Shown here in pieces: positions 38,454 through 49,516 of a stretch of DNA of 64,000 nt. The stretch comes from Thiovulum sp. ES. Its GTDB lineage: Bacteria; Campylobacterota; Campylobacteria; Campylobacterales; Thiovulaceae. Location of the stretch: NCBI GenBank assembly GCA_000276965.1, contig AKKQ01000004.1, forward strand, positions 447 through 64,446, read 5' to 3'. A program made the translations under genes and the position numbers. How positions within the stretch are numbered: the first letter of the stretch is position 1; each line of letters begins with the position of its first letter. The notes beneath the pieces were generated by a model that had not been told where the DNA came from, searched no databases, and saw nothing but the letters and a program-made list of their open reading frames with translations.

Positions 38454-39722
38454 TTAGAAAAGTTCCTTTCCTAAATACTCTCCGTAAAGGATTTCTGTTT
38501 CAATTTCAAGAAGTCTGTTATATTTTGCAGTTCTTTCACCTCGAGCAGTTGAACCTGTTTTGATTTCACCAGTATTTAGTGCCACAGCAAAATCAGCAAT
38601 AAATGCATCTTCACTCTCTCCACTTCTGTGGCTCATCACACATTTGTATCCGTTTCTCTGTGCAAGTCGAACTGTTTGCATTGTTTCAGAAACCGATCCA
38701 ATTTGGTTTGGTTTAATTAAAATTGCATTTCCAACACCCTCTTTAATTCCGTGATTTAGAATTGAAGCATTTGTAACAAAAAGATCATCTCCAACAAGTT
38801 GAACTTTATCACCTAATTTTTCAGTGAGAATTTTCCAACCTGCCCAATCATCTTCAGAAAGTCCGTCTTCAATTGAAACAATTGGATATTTTTCACAAAG
38901 TTGTGCATAATATTCAACCATCTCTTCCGAAGTTAAAGTTCTGTTTTCAGAATCGAGTCGATATTTTCCATCTTCTGTAACAAGTTCGCTAGAAGCAACA
39001 TCAAGTGCAAGAACAATCTCTTCACCCAATTTGTAACCAGCTTTTTCAATCGCCTCAATAATAATTTGAATTGGCTCTTCATTTGAACTTAAATCTGGAG
39101 CAAATCCACCTTCGTCGCCAAGTGCTGTCGCTAATTTTCTATCTTTTAAGATTTTTTTCAAGTTGTGATAAATCTCAGCAGAAGCTTGTAAGCCTTTATT
39201 GAATTCCTCAAAACCAGTTGGCATAATCATATATTCTTGAAAATCAACAGAGTTGTCCGCATGAGAACCACCGTTAATAATGTTGAACATTGGAGTCGGT
39301 AGAACCATCGCATTACTTCCACCAAGGTATCGGTAAAGTGGCATATTCAAAGATTTCGCACTCGCTCTAGCAACTGCCATTGAAACACCAAGAACTGCAT
39401 TTGCACCTAATTTGCTGTAATTTTCAGTTCCGTCAAGTTCTTTCATCGCAGCATCAACAATCGCTTGATTATATGGAGTCATTCCAACAACAGCTTCGGC
39501 AATAAATGAATTCACATTTTTACAAGCTTGTTGAACACCTTTTCCCATGTATCGGTCGCCACCATCTCTTAATTCAAGAGCTTCTCTTTTTCCAGTAGAT
39601 GCACCACTTGGAACAATCGCACTCGCTTCAGTCCCATCGCTTAATACAACTCTTGCCCGAACTGTTGGATTTCCCCGACTATCGAGGACCTCATCGGCAA
39701 AAACATTTTCAATAAAAATCAA
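38454..39722 (-). CDS. eno: Enolase (phosphopyruvate hydratase)
   Basis: [17 protein letters not shown] and IKTGS. TTG start. Confidence 0.96.
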   Translation of the reverse strand: MIFIENVFADEVLDSRGNPTVRARVVLSDGTEASAIVPSGASTGKREALELRDGGDRYMGKGVQQACKNVNSFIAEAVVGMTPYNQAIVDAAMKELDGTENYSKLGANAVLGVSMAVARASAKSLNMPLYRYLGGSNAMVLPTPMFNIINGGSHADNSVDFQEYMIMPTGFEEFNKGLQASAEIYHNLKKILKDRKLATALGDEGGFAPDLSSNEEPIQIIIEAIEKAGYKLGEEIVLALDVASSELVTEDGKYRLDSENRTLTSEEMVEYYAQLCEKYPIVSIEDGLSEDDWAGWKILTEKLGDKVQLVGDDLFVTNASILNHGIKEGVGNAILIKPNQIGSVSETMQTVRLAQRNGYKCVMSHRSGESEDAFIADFAVALNTGEIKTGSTARGERTAKYNRLLEIETEILYGEYLGKELF

Positions 39723-39768
39723 GTTTTCTCCAAATATATATTTTTCGTTATTTTAACAAAAATTATAA

Positions 39769-40707
39769 TTATCTTTTTTCCATAACATAAGATATTGCAC
39801 CAATTGCAGCAGTCGCACCATCACCCGCAGCAACAACAACTTGTTTTGGTGCATCAAGTCTCATGTCTCCAGTTGCAAAAAGCCCCTCTACCGAAGTTCT
39901 CATTTTTAAATCAACAACAACTTCTCCATGTTCAGTAACATCACAAATGAAACTTCCATTCTCATCTTTCAGCACACCATTATTCACATCGTTTCCAACA
40001 AATGTAAAAATTCCTGTTGTTGGCAATTCTCGGATTCCCTCAGGTGTTTGGACTCGAATTCCTTGAACTCCCGCAATTGGATCTCCAAAAACTTCATCAG
40101 GTTTAGAATTTAAAATAAATTCAATTTTCTCATTCTTCTCAGCTCTTTCGACTGTGCTTGGTGCAGCTCGGAAAGTATCTCGACGATGAACCAAATATAC
40201 TTTTGAACAAATTCCCGCTAAATATACAGCCTCTTCAAGTGCCGTGTCTCCACCTCCAATAACTGTAACTTCTTTATTTTTGTAAAAGAAACCATCGCAA
40301 GTCGCACAAGTTGAAACACCTTTTCCAAAAAATTCAGCCTCGCCTTTAAATCCAGCTTTCTTTGGAGATGAACCTGTTCCAATAATTACAGAAAGTGCAT
40401 CTTCAGTTTCACCGCTATCTTTGTGAATTTTAAAAGTTCCGTCTTCATTTCGAGATACTTTTTCGATGTTTGTCATTTCGTGCTTAAGTCCAAATCTTTG
40501 GCACTGCTCTGGCCAAACTGACATCAAATCCATTCCACTCATAACTTTTGTTACACCAGGGTAATTTTCGATTTCTGAAGAGTTCATGATTTGACCCCCA
40601 GGCATTCCTTTTTCAAACATCGTTACATTTTTAAGTCCGCCTCGAGTTGCATAAAGCCCAGCTGTAAGTCCAGCAGGACCACCACCAATAATTGCTACAT
40701 CTAACAT
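39769..40707 (-). CDS. trxB: Thioredoxin-disulfide reductase
   Basis: IIGGGPAG, the redox-active CATCDG, and [10 protein letters not shown]. Confidence 0.94.
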   Translation of the reverse strand: MLDVAIIGGGPAGLTAGLYATRGGLKNVTMFEKGMPGGQIMNSSEIENYPGVTKVMSGMDLMSVWPEQCQRFGLKHEMTNIEKVSRNEDGTFKIHKDSGETEDALSVIIGTGSSPKKAGFKGEAEFFGKGVSTCATCDGFFYKNKEVTVIGGGDTALEEAVYLAGICSKVYLVHRRDTFRAAPSTVERAEKNEKIEFILNSKPDEVFGDPIAGVQGIRVQTPEGIRELPTTGIFTFVGNDVNNGVLKDENGSFICDVTEHGEVVVDLKMRTSVEGLFATGDMRLDAPKQVVVAAGDGATAAIGAISYVMEKR

Positions 40708-40831
40708 TTTTGTTCTCCGAATTTTTTCTAACTTGTGAAAATTCTATCATAATGCTTTATCACTATTTTTTAAATTTTAAATAATCAAAAAGAAATTAAT
40801 AAAAAAATCAATTTGTTAAACTTTTGAAAAA

Positions 40832-43039
40832 ATGAATCAACAAACTGAATTAGAACAAAAATTAGATTTAAATGATTTTCTCTCAACTTTCCGAAACTAT
40901 TTTTCACGAGAAAAGAGTTTTGTAATGGAGGGAGATACAAATCGACATCTTAAATTTATAGATAGTTTTGAGGGAACTGAATTTAGCGAACCTCCAAAAG
41001 TTGAGCAAATCTGGGAAAGTATAAATGTTGTAAAAAAATTTGGAACACTTTCACTCTCTCAAATTTATGAAATTGTCAAAATCACAAAATATTTCTTTTA
41101 TTTAAAAAAAGTACCTTTTAAAGAACCTGCAAAGAGTTGGATTGAAAAAATAAATATTGATTCATATTTTTCGGAATTGAATTCTCTATTTGATAATGAA
41201 GGAAATTTTCTGGACGAAGCGGACGAAAGACTTCGTTCAATTTCATTAGGGATTTCTGAAAAGCGGGGGGAAATTCGGGATTCACTTTCTGGACTTTTAC
41301 ATGCAAAACGACTTGAAGAGTATTTAGTTGATAGGCAAATTCACTATTTGAATGATCGGGAAACTCTGCTTTTAAAAGGTGGATTTAATTCGGCACTCAA
41401 AGGTTCGGTGATTGGACGGAGTGCAAACGGATATTTCTATGTTCAGCCTGACACGGTTGGAAATTTTGTGAAGAAAATTCGAGATTACGAACAGGAACGA
41501 GAACGAATTTATCTTGAATACCGACGGGAAATTTCTAAGAAGTTTCAAAATTTTGTGCCATTTTTAAGATTTATTGACAAACAATTTGATGTTTTTGATC
41601 ATTATCAGGCACGATACTTTTTTGCTCGTTCGTTTGATTTGCAGTTCATAAAACCAGAAAAAAGCAAGACAATTTTAATTAAAGATTTTTATCACCCTGC
41701 AATTAAGAAAAATCCGAAACCGTTGAATATTGATTTTAGCAAATCTGTTTTGATGGTTACGGGAGTAAATGCGGGTGGAAAGACGATGCTTTTAAAATCG
41801 ATTCTTTCAACTGTCTATTTGGCAAAATATCTTCTGCCAATGAAAATCGATTCTTTCAACTCAAAAATTGGTAGCTTTAAAAATATTGAGTCAATTATTG
41901 ACGATCCGCAGAATGTCAATTTTGATATTTCAACTTTTGCGGGGCGAATGGTCTCTTTTTCTGAAATTCTCAAAAGCGAAGATTCTCTAATTGGGGTCGA
42001 TGAGGTCGAGCTTGGAACAGATTCTGACGAAGCTTCTGCACTTTTTAAGGTCTTGATTGAGAAATTGATTGAGAAAAATGACAAAATTGTTATTACAACT
42101 CACCACAAAAGACTCGCTTCGCTTTTAGGTTCAAATGAAAATGTAGAACTTGTCGCTGCAATTTATGACGAAGAACGGAGAGAACCGACTTACAGATTTT
42201 TGCAGGGAATTGTCGGTAAAAGTTATGCTTTTGAGACTGCGGAACGATACGGGATTCCAAAAAACTATGTTTCTCAAGCCCGTGTTGTCTATGGTGAAGA
42301 TAGTGAAAAGCTGAATGAACTTATTGAAAAAAGCACAAATCTTGAACAAGACCTCATCGCTAAAAATGAGAAACTTGCACAAAAACTAGCTGAAGTTGAG
42401 TCGGAAAAAGAGAAAGTCCGCGAATTACAAAATGAGTGGCGAGAAAAACTTGAAGAGCAAGAGCAGGAATTACAAAAAATTTATAAAGGTGCAATTTCTG
42501 AAGCAAAAGTTTCGATAAAAGCAAAAACAATTCCTGACACTCATCGACACATGACTGAAGCTCACAAACTCTATCCAGATGAAAAACTTATCAAAGATGA
42601 ACGAACTTTTGATTTTCAAAAAGGAGATAAAGTCCGCTACAAAAATAGTGAGGGAAAAATTCTCCAAATTCGGGGTGAAAAAGCCAAAGTTGAAATTGGC
42701 GGAATGCGAGTCGATTTGCCACTCTCTTCTCTCCACAAAGCTATTAAAATTAAGAAGCCTAAAAAAGTCCAAATCAGTGTTGAAAAACCAAAAGACCAAG
42801 CTTTTTTAAGATTGGATTTGCATGGAAAACGGAGAGATGAAGCACTCGAAGAATTAGATCAATTTATCTCAAATGCTCTTTTACAAGGTTGGGAAGAGAT
42901 TTTTGTTACTCATGGAATTGGTGGAGGAATTCTTGCAAAAGCAGTCAATGAGTTTTTACGAGAACACCCACGGGTTCATTGGTTTGGAGATGCTCCTCCA
43001 AATATGGGTGGTCAAGGTGCAAAAATCATAAAATTCTAA
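40832..43039 (+). CDS. mutS2: Endonuclease MutS2 (MutS domain V ATPase plus C-terminal Smr domain)
   Basis: Walker A GVNAGGKTM, DEVELGTD, and an Smr domain LDLHGKRRDEALEEL...THGIGGG. Confidence 0.9.
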   Translation: MNQQTELEQKLDLNDFLSTFRNYFSREKSFVMEGDTNRHLKFIDSFEGTEFSEPPKVEQIWESINVVKKFGTLSLSQIYEIVKITKYFFYLKKVPFKEPAKSWIEKINIDSYFSELNSLFDNEGNFLDEADERLRSISLGISEKRGEIRDSLSGLLHAKRLEEYLVDRQIHYLNDRETLLLKGGFNSALKGSVIGRSANGYFYVQPDTVGNFVKKIRDYEQERERIYLEYRREISKKFQNFVPFLRFIDKQFDVFDHYQARYFFARSFDLQFIKPEKSKTILIKDFYHPAIKKNPKPLNIDFSKSVLMVTGVNAGGKTMLLKSILSTVYLAKYLLPMKIDSFNSKIGSFKNIESIIDDPQNVNFDISTFAGRMVSFSEILKSEDSLIGVDEVELGTDSDEASALFKVLIEKLIEKNDKIVITTHHKRLASLLGSNENVELVAAIYDEERREPTYRFLQGIVGKSYAFETAERYGIPKNYVSQARVVYGEDSEKLNELIEKSTNLEQDLIAKNEKLAQKLAEVESEKEKVRELQNEWREKLEEQEQELQKIYKGAISEAKVSIKAKTIPDTHRHMTEAHKLYPDEKLIKDERTFDFQKGDKVRYKNSEGKILQIRGEKAKVEIGGMRVDLPLSSLHKAIKIKKPKKVQISVEKPKDQAFLRLDLHGKRRDEALEELDQFISNALLQGWEEIFVTHGIGGGILAKAVNEFLREHPRVHWFGDAPPNMGGQGAKIIKF

Positions 43040-43041
43040 AA

Positions 43042-43058
43042 TTCCCCGTTTTGGGGAA
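43042..43058. terminator. Hairpin ttcccc-gtttt-ggggaa between convergent genes
   Basis: 6-bp stem directly after the mutS2 stop, with a T5 run nearby downstream. Confidence 0.5.
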
Positions 43059-43061
43059 ATC

Positions 43062-44957
43062 TCAAATTTTTGCTTCGACGGTAAAGTTTGCTCCTCCATC
43101 TCTGTTTTGAACTGAAATTTTTCCGTTTAATCTTTCTTCGACAAGCATTTTTGCAATTGGCAAACCAAGACCTTGACCGCTTTTCTTACTCGATACAAAA
43201 TATTCAAAGACCGATTCAATTGGTTTTGCTTTTATTCCTCCTGCATTATCTAAATAATCAACTAAAATTATTCCTTTTTCGTTTTTAAAGACTGAAATTG
43301 AAATTCTGTTTTCACCATCTGCTTTAAATTCGTCAATAGAGTTATTTATAAAAACAATAAAAATATTTGAAAAAATATGGTCATAGCTTTTTAGAATTTT
43401 TACATCATGGCTCACATTTGTTGCGATTTTTACATTTTTGAGTAAGATTTTTTCGTCAAGAATATTGAGAATATTTTTAAGTGTTTTATTTAAATCCAGA
43501 ACATTGTCATCATTTAAGTTCGGTGAAAAATAAGTTGTGAATTCGTCAATCGTTCCTTTCATAAAAGAGAGGGACTCTTTCATTTTTGGAAGTTGTGTTT
43601 CAAAATGTTCATTAAATTTATCTTTTTGGTGTCTGTACATTGTTTCCAAAAGTGAGACTGAAGCACCCATTGAAGTCATCGGACTTTTCCATTGGTGAGA
43701 AACATACCCAATTGTCTGACCAATTGCACTAAAATGAGATTGTCGCAAAATAAACTCCTTTTTTTGCTTTAATTCATCTATCGAAGTTTTTGTTTTTGTA
43801 TATTGTGCAAGAAGAATAAATACGATGTAAATTTCGGAAACGATTGGAAAAATATATTGGATTTCTTCATTAAAATCTCCAATTCCGTGAAATGAAAAAG
43901 TAAAAATGGCAAATGCAATCGCAATAATTACTTGTGCGATAATAAAATATATTTTTACTACTCCACCCTCTTTTAAATAGAGATAGATTCCAAATCCACC
44001 AATTCCGAGCATTCCAAGTGAGGCTGAAAATGTCAAAATATTTGCAGATAAAACTATAATGTAATCTGTGCCGTGATTGTAAATTATTGCAGTGTGAATA
44101 GCGGATAGAAAAACTATTCCAGACAAGAAAAATATTAGTCTTGAAACCTCTTCGTATTTATGTTTTAAATCAAATAGAAAATAGATATAAAGCAAATCAA
44201 TCGCGGTTATTATTACAGGAACAAGCCAAGTAATTAACGAAATTGTTTCCGCACTTAAATAACTCGTTAGTTGATAGCCTAAACCATAGAAACCGTAATG
44301 AAAAACAAGATTTAGGTTTGAATAAATAATTGGAAAAATATATGAAACATCTCGAAAAAGAATAAACATCAAAAGACTCACAATTGATAAAACAATTCCC
44401 GCACCGACAAAAAAACCGAATGCCATCAATTTCCAATTTTCCTGATTTATAAAATCATTTAAACTTATAATTGTCCAACCAATTTCATAAAGAAAGAAAT
44501 TTTCATATGATGCAACAACTGTAAGTTTTTCACCAATTTCTAAATTTAGTTTTATTTGTCCCAAACGAGTTTCTCGATCTTTTCCAAGTTCGCCACTTTC
44601 GATATTTTCAATAAGATTTCCGTTTCTAAAAACATAAATATTTATAAAATCCATTTCTGGCAAAATATTGTAAAGAATAAATTCTTGTGGTTCTTTTGAG
44701 ATGTTTTGGAAAATCGTCCGACTCCAATAGAGACCTCTGTTAATTCCAATAAAAGTAATATTTTCTGTTTTGTGTAAATTCTCTAATTGCAATATCTGAT
44801 GAGGTGAAAAAGAGCGATTTTCATCTTTTATAAATTCTGTAAAAGAGGCTGTTGTGCTTTTCTGAAAATTGTCTTTGATATAAAAAGTTTCTGAAAATAG
44901 TGAAGTTGAGAGAAGTAAAATAGCCAATATGTATTTCATATTTTGTCTTTTTGTCAA
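43062..44957 (-). CDS. Sensor histidine kinase with 7TMR-DISM-type extracellular and 7-TM input domains
   Basis: Signal peptide, an extracellular domain of ~170 aa, seven TM segments, the H-box SHQWKSPM and the ATPase G-box GQGLGLPIAKMLVE. No adjacent response regulator. Confidence 0.8.
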   Translation of the reverse strand: MTKRQNMKYILAILLLSTSLFSETFYIKDNFQKSTTASFTEFIKDENRSFSPHQILQLENLHKTENITFIGINRGLYWSRTIFQNISKEPQEFILYNILPEMDFINIYVFRNGNLIENIESGELGKDRETRLGQIKLNLEIGEKLTVVASYENFFLYEIGWTIISLNDFINQENWKLMAFGFFVGAGIVLSIVSLLMFILFRDVSYIFPIIYSNLNLVFHYGFYGLGYQLTSYLSAETISLITWLVPVIITAIDLLYIYFLFDLKHKYEEVSRLIFFLSGIVFLSAIHTAIIYNHGTDYIIVLSANILTFSASLGMLGIGGFGIYLYLKEGGVVKIYFIIAQVIIAIAFAIFTFSFHGIGDFNEEIQYIFPIVSEIYIVFILLAQYTKTKTSIDELKQKKEFILRQSHFSAIGQTIGYVSHQWKSPMTSMGASVSLLETMYRHQKDKFNEHFETQLPKMKESLSFMKGTIDEFTTYFSPNLNDDNVLDLNKTLKNILNILDEKILLKNVKIATNVSHDVKILKSYDHIFSNIFIVFINNSIDEFKADGENRISISVFKNEKGIILVDYLDNAGGIKAKPIESVFEYFVSSKKSGQGLGLPIAKMLVEERLNGKISVQNRDGGANFTVEAKI

Positions 44958-44963
44958 TTTTAG

Positions 44964-46481
44964 CTATTTTTTAGCGAAAATTTCTTTGGGTTCAAAATCT
45001 CCTAAGATTTTTAGATTTTCTACGAATTCGTTGTAACTCACATCTTTTCTGATCTCTTTTTTTGTTTCTGGCTCTGTTTTTATTTCAATCTTTTTTGGAT
45101 TATTATTAATCTCTGTTTTTGGTAAAAATTTTAACTTTTCGCCAACTTTTTTTGTAAAACTTATAACAACTGCTGTTTCTATATAAAAATATCTATCTTT
45201 TAAAATATTTCGACATTCACATTCACAATCAAAAAAGAACTTTAAGATAATTTTGTCATTTTCCAACCCGCCAAAAGAGATATGTTCTTCGATACACTTT
45301 CTAAAGACCTCATCGCTGATTTTTTCGTTTGGATTTCCCATGATAATTGTTTCAAGAACTTCATTCCAAAAGAAGTCTTCTAAATCACTATTTTTGGTTT
45401 GCGGAGTCTCCTCTTTTTCAATTTTTGGAGTCTCTTTTTCAACAACTTTCTCAACAATTCGTTCAGTTTGCACATCTGAAATCATTTTTAAAAATGTTAG
45501 ATATAGAACAAACTCATTGTCTGCACCAGTCGAAAGAAGAACTTTTCCATCATTTAAAGCTGTAAAAATCTTCTCAATTTCAGCAATCGGAATTTCATTT
45601 TCAAAAAGCTTCTCTTTCAAAAACTTTATAAACTGTTCCAAAACGGTTTCAGTCTCATACTCACCAAGTTCTCTAATTTTTAGAAGTAACTTTTCTCGAT
45701 TTTTATCTTTTACGAGGGAGAAAATATTTTCCAAAATAGAAGGATCGACAAGCCCCAACATCTCAATAACATTGCTGTTTTTGAGTTTATCCCCAGAAAA
45801 TACAATTGCCTGTTGTAAAAGTGTGAGTGTATCCCGCAAAGAACCGCCACCACTTCTTGAAATTGTCTCAATCGCCTCGTTTTCAAACTCGACTCTCTCC
45901 AATTTCATGATTTTTTTCAAATGCTCCACAACAAGATTAAAATCTATCTTTTTGAATGCAAAGTGTTGAGTTCGGCTAAGAATTGTTGGAGGTAATTTTA
46001 GTGGATCTGTTGTTGCGAGAATAAATTTTATGTAACTCGGTGGTTCTTCAAGTGTTTTTAGAAGTGCATTAAATGCCTCTTTTGTAAGCATATGAACTTC
46101 ATCAATAATAAAAATCTTGAATTTTCCAACTGACGGATTATATTGTGTTTGGTCGATGAGGTCCCGAATATCATCAATTTTCCGATTTGAAGCTCCATCC
46201 ATTTCAATAATATCGATGTGCGAACCAGAATTTGCCATTTTGCAATTTTCGCACTCTTCACATGGAATTGAATCGATTCTATTTTCGCAAAGAATTGTTT
46301 TTGCAAAAATCCGTGCTGACGAAGTTTTTCCACTTCCACGAAGACCAGAAAAAAGGTAACCAGTTCCTATTTTATTATTTTGTAGGGAGAATTTTAAAGT
46401 TTTTGAAACAGATTCTTGTCCAACTAATTCATCAAAGTTTTTTGGACGATATTTTAATGCTAAAACATCTAAATTTGTCAA
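44964..46481 (-). CDS. dnaX: DNA polymerase III subunit gamma/tau
   Basis: GLRGSGKTS (Walker A), the zinc module CEECENC, and IIDEVHMLT. Confidence 0.92.
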   Translation of the reverse strand: MTNLDVLALKYRPKNFDELVGQESVSKTLKFSLQNNKIGTGYLFSGLRGSGKTSSARIFAKTILCENRIDSIPCEECENCKMANSGSHIDIIEMDGASNRKIDDIRDLIDQTQYNPSVGKFKIFIIDEVHMLTKEAFNALLKTLEEPPSYIKFILATTDPLKLPPTILSRTQHFAFKKIDFNLVVEHLKKIMKLERVEFENEAIETISRSGGGSLRDTLTLLQQAIVFSGDKLKNSNVIEMLGLVDPSILENIFSLVKDKNREKLLLKIRELGEYETETVLEQFIKFLKEKLFENEIPIAEIEKIFTALNDGKVLLSTGADNEFVLYLTFLKMISDVQTERIVEKVVEKETPKIEKEETPQTKNSDLEDFFWNEVLETIIMGNPNEKISDEVFRKCIEEHISFGGLENDKIILKFFFDCECECRNILKDRYFYIETAVVISFTKKVGEKLKFLPKTEINNNPKKIEIKTEPETKKEIRKDVSYNEFVENLKILGDFEPKEIFAKK

Positions 46482-46984
46482 TTTTTGAAAACTGCTCTAA
46501 TGTCATAGAATTTGAGTTCTTGAATGAGCTTTTCCAAAATTGGTTTGTTTGGAGATTTCATTACAAATTTAATCATGTCATCTTTCTCAATAATTTTGTA
46601 TCTAACATTTTTTGTTTTTTTCAAAACTTGATTGACACAAAAATTGTGATAGGGTTCAAGATATTCAGTAGAAAGGGTGAATAGTTTTTCGGGTGTAGGT
46701 TTATAGAGTTGGAGGTGAATTGAGACCTCTTTTGCAGGATAATCATGATCTTTGATATGACTCTCCTGAAAGCTCTCAAGCCAACCAACTCTCTTTTCTT
46801 TTTGCTGTGCAAGTTCCCTCTTTCTCGCTAAATCTCGTTCCATTTGTAAAAACTCTTCATGTGTCAAAAGTTCAACTTCAACAGGCTTATTCTCTTCAAC
46901 TTTAACACTGTTGAAAAAAGTAATAAAAAAAGTTCCCAATGTAAATGCAAAAATGAGAATTGGAAAAAGAATTTTAGGTTGCAC
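46478..46984 (-). CDS. Hypothetical membrane-anchored protein
   Basis: N-terminal TM/signal segment ILFPILIFAFTLGTFFITFF. It overlaps the dnaX start by 4 nt. Confidence 0.5.
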   Translation of the reverse strand: MQPKILFPILIFAFTLGTFFITFFNSVKVEENKPVEVELLTHEEFLQMERDLARKRELAQQKEKRVGWLESFQESHIKDHDYPAKEVSIHLQLYKPTPEKLFTLSTEYLEPYHNFCVNQVLKKTKNVRYKIIEKDDMIKFVMKSPNKPILEKLIQELKFYDIRAVFKN

Positions 46985-46993
46985 AGTTTTGTC

Positions 46994-48697
46994 CTATTTC
47001 AATTTCGCTTTTAGAAGATCAGCAAATGCATTGTTGCCTTGATCATTTTCAGCATTGATTTCGGCAAGAAGCTTTTGCTCTTTTGCTCTTTCAAGTCTTC
47101 TGATTGAAAGTCTTAATTTATCTCTTCTTGGATCAAGAGCGATAATCATACCCTCAACTTCAAAGCCTTTAACAAACTCTTCTTTGTTTTTTTGCAACAT
47201 ATCTTCTGTTCTGATAAGAGCATCAACATTTTCACCAATTGTTATAAAAGCACCAAACTCTTTAACATCTCGGATTTTACCTTTTACGATGTCGCCAACA
47301 GAGTGAGTTTTTGAGAACTCTTGAATTGGAGTTGGAAGAAGAGCTTTTCGGCTAAGTGCAATTTTCTCTTTGATTTTATCAATATCAGAAATTTCAACTT
47401 CGACCTCATCGCCAACATTTAGTAAATCTTTACATTTTGCTGTTTGAGTCCAGTCATAATCGCTATTTCGTAGAAGACCTTCAACTTGATCAATTTTAAT
47501 GAATGCACCAAACTCAGTTAAGTTTGTTACTGTTCCTTTGATTTTATCACCGATTCTTCTCTCTTTTTTAAAGAGTTCAAAAGGTTTTGGAAGTAGTTTT
47601 TTTCGTGAAACTCTGAGTCGGTGAGCAACAGGATCGATTTCAACAACTTCAACTTCAATAACATCACCAACAGCGATATAATCTTGTGGGTGAGATATTT
47701 TTTTATCCCAAGTTACTTCAGACACATGCAAGAAACCTTCAGCATCATTTCCAATATCAACAAATGCACCGTAATGCTCAATATTACTAACTGTTACTTC
47801 AATAACATCACCTGGCTCAAGATTCTCTTGAATTTCTAACCACGGATCAATAGTAGCTTCTTTGATTGAAAGATTTAAAACTCTCTCTTTTTGATCATAA
47901 GAGAGTGCTTTTGCAGTAACAATATCACCTTTTGTATAAAGTCTGAAAGGATTGATTTTTCCAGTTCGGTGGCTAATCTCTTCAGAAGCAATAAGACCTT
48001 TCATCTGTCCGCCAACATCAACAACAAGTTTATCTTTAGTTACAGCAATTACTTTACATTGAACTGCCTCTTCTTTCATAACTTCATCGATAAACTCTTG
48101 TCTCTTCTTGATTTCATCTCTGATGTGCTGTTTTCGAGAAACGATAATTGTGCTTTTTTCAACATCAACTTTAATAACTTTTGCACGAACTTTTTTGTCG
48201 TCTTGAAGTTTTCGAGTGTCATTACCTTGTTTTCTTTGAAGGAAAGCATGTCCGCTTGGCATGAAATATTTAATTCCATTATCTTCTAAATAGTAACCTC
48301 TTTTTGTCGTATTAACAATGCTACCATTGATGATTTTACCTTCGATGTTTTCAACACCCTCTTCTTCAATAAACTTCTTAACACTCTCTCTGTCTAAATA
48401 CTGTTTATGTGAAACATTGATGCTGTTATCTCGAACACTTGTAATAACTAAATTTAAATCGTCATCTTTTTCAAAAGTGATTTTTCCTTCACTATCTTTG
48501 ATTTCAGAAAGAGAGATGTAAGGTTCTCTTTTTCCACCGATGCTGATAAGAACTTTATCTTCGTCCTCTCGAATTTCAACAATTTTGCCTTCGATAATTT
48601 GACCAACTTCATACTCTTTTTCAGTATAAGAATCTAGCATCTCTGCAAAATTTTCGTTGTTGTTCTCATCAATAACTTGATTAGCCTCTTGACTCAT
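46994..48697 (-). CDS. rpsA: 30S ribosomal protein S1
   Basis: Six S1 repeats (for example GDVIEVTVSNIEHYGAFVDIG). The ATG at 48697 has an AAGG RBS, and the ORF is open to 48736. Confidence 0.92.
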   Translation of the reverse strand: MSQEANQVIDENNNENFAEMLDSYTEKEYEVGQIIEGKIVEIREDEDKVLISIGGKREPYISLSEIKDSEGKITFEKDDDLNLVITSVRDNSINVSHKQYLDRESVKKFIEEEGVENIEGKIINGSIVNTTKRGYYLEDNGIKYFMPSGHAFLQRKQGNDTRKLQDDKKVRAKVIKVDVEKSTIIVSRKQHIRDEIKKRQEFIDEVMKEEAVQCKVIAVTKDKLVVDVGGQMKGLIASEEISHRTGKINPFRLYTKGDIVTAKALSYDQKERVLNLSIKEATIDPWLEIQENLEPGDVIEVTVSNIEHYGAFVDIGNDAEGFLHVSEVTWDKKISHPQDYIAVGDVIEVEVVEIDPVAHRLRVSRKKLLPKPFELFKKERRIGDKIKGTVTNLTEFGAFIKIDQVEGLLRNSDYDWTQTAKCKDLLNVGDEVEVEISDIDKIKEKIALSRKALLPTPIQEFSKTHSVGDIVKGKIRDVKEFGAFITIGENVDALIRTEDMLQKNKEEFVKGFEVEGMIIALDPRRDKLRLSIRRLERAKEQKLLAEINAENDQGNNAFADLLKAKLK

Positions 48698-48922
48698 TCT
48701 AAACCTTGTGTCTAACTTGGAAATTGAAATACTCAAAACTCTATAAGTAGAGAGAGTTTCCTCTCAAAATAAATTTGAAAAGCTTTTATTCTAAAATATG
48801 GAAAAGGGCTAAATTCCTAACCCAAAAACCACTTAACTTTTTTAAAGTTTTTAATCCGCCTATTTTATCTAAAATCTTCTTACAGATACTTAAACTTATA
48901 AAAAATAACTTTCTGTTTTAAA

Positions 48923-49507
48923 TTAAGATATGAGAGAAAAAAGTTCATCTTCTCCATCTACAAAGTGAATATTTTCTAAATCTTTTTTGCAAATCATTTT
49001 TTCACTTAGCATCTGTTGAAGAAAATTTTCAATTGGTTCATGGAATTTTGTATCGAGAAAGAAAATTTTAACACCATTTTGCAATTTACCATGCTGGAGT
49101 TTCTCTAAAACTTCACCGACCTCATCGAAAGTTCCAAAACCACCACCCGCAATTACAAAATATTGAGAATACTTCATCAAATACTCTTTTCGCAGAGCAT
49201 AGTCGTAAAAGTGAAAACCGAGAGAGACATACGGATTCATATTCTGCTCATGCGGTAATTTCACATTTAAGCCAATCGATTCAATACCAATTTCAAAAGC
49301 TCCACGGTTTCCAGCTTCCATAACTCCACCGCCTCCACCAGTTAAGATTTTAAAACCTTTTTTGGCAAATTTCTTTGAAATAGCATAAGTCTCTTTGTAA
49401 TAGTGGGAATCTTCTGAAACTCTGGCACTTCCAAAAATTGAAACAAGTTTTCCAATAAATGGTCTTAAGACTGGTGAAATATCACACTCATTTTTTACAT
49501 CTATCAT
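48923..49507 (-). CDS. LOG family / TIGR00730 Rossmann-fold nucleotide-binding protein
   Basis: TGGGGGVMEAGNRGA and AGGGFGTFDEVGEV are LOG family motifs. Confidence 0.85.
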   Translation of the reverse strand: MIDVKNECDISPVLRPFIGKLVSIFGSARVSEDSHYYKETYAISKKFAKKGFKILTGGGGGVMEAGNRGAFEIGIESIGLNVKLPHEQNMNPYVSLGFHFYDYALRKEYLMKYSQYFVIAGGGFGTFDEVGEVLEKLQHGKLQNGVKIFFLDTKFHEPIENFLQQMLSEKMICKKDLENIHFVDGEDELFSLIS

Positions 49508-49516
49508 TTTTAATCT

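Noticed and set aside
35411-39686. Stretches free of the abundant 10-mer (2819-5657, 28706-32390, 35411-39686, 56424-59816) as markers of horizontally acquired DNA.
   Set aside because: Mean spacing is about 1.2 kb, so a few 3-4 kb gaps among 53 intervals are expected by chance. The gaps also include core genes (eno, nusA, tRNA-Leu). The absence of the motif from the phage-like remnant is consistent with foreign origin but is not evidence for it.
45253-45969. Long antisense or overlapping ORFs in the track (for example 45253..45969 within dnaX, 29838..30197 opposite hup, 32845..33177, 8211..8510, 46232..46684, 36877..37152).
   Set aside because: Each lies entirely within or opposite a gene with clear family signatures. 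They are Ser/Phe/Leu/Ile-rich and low in complexity, as expected for shadow frames of AT-rich genes, and they have no recognisable motifs.
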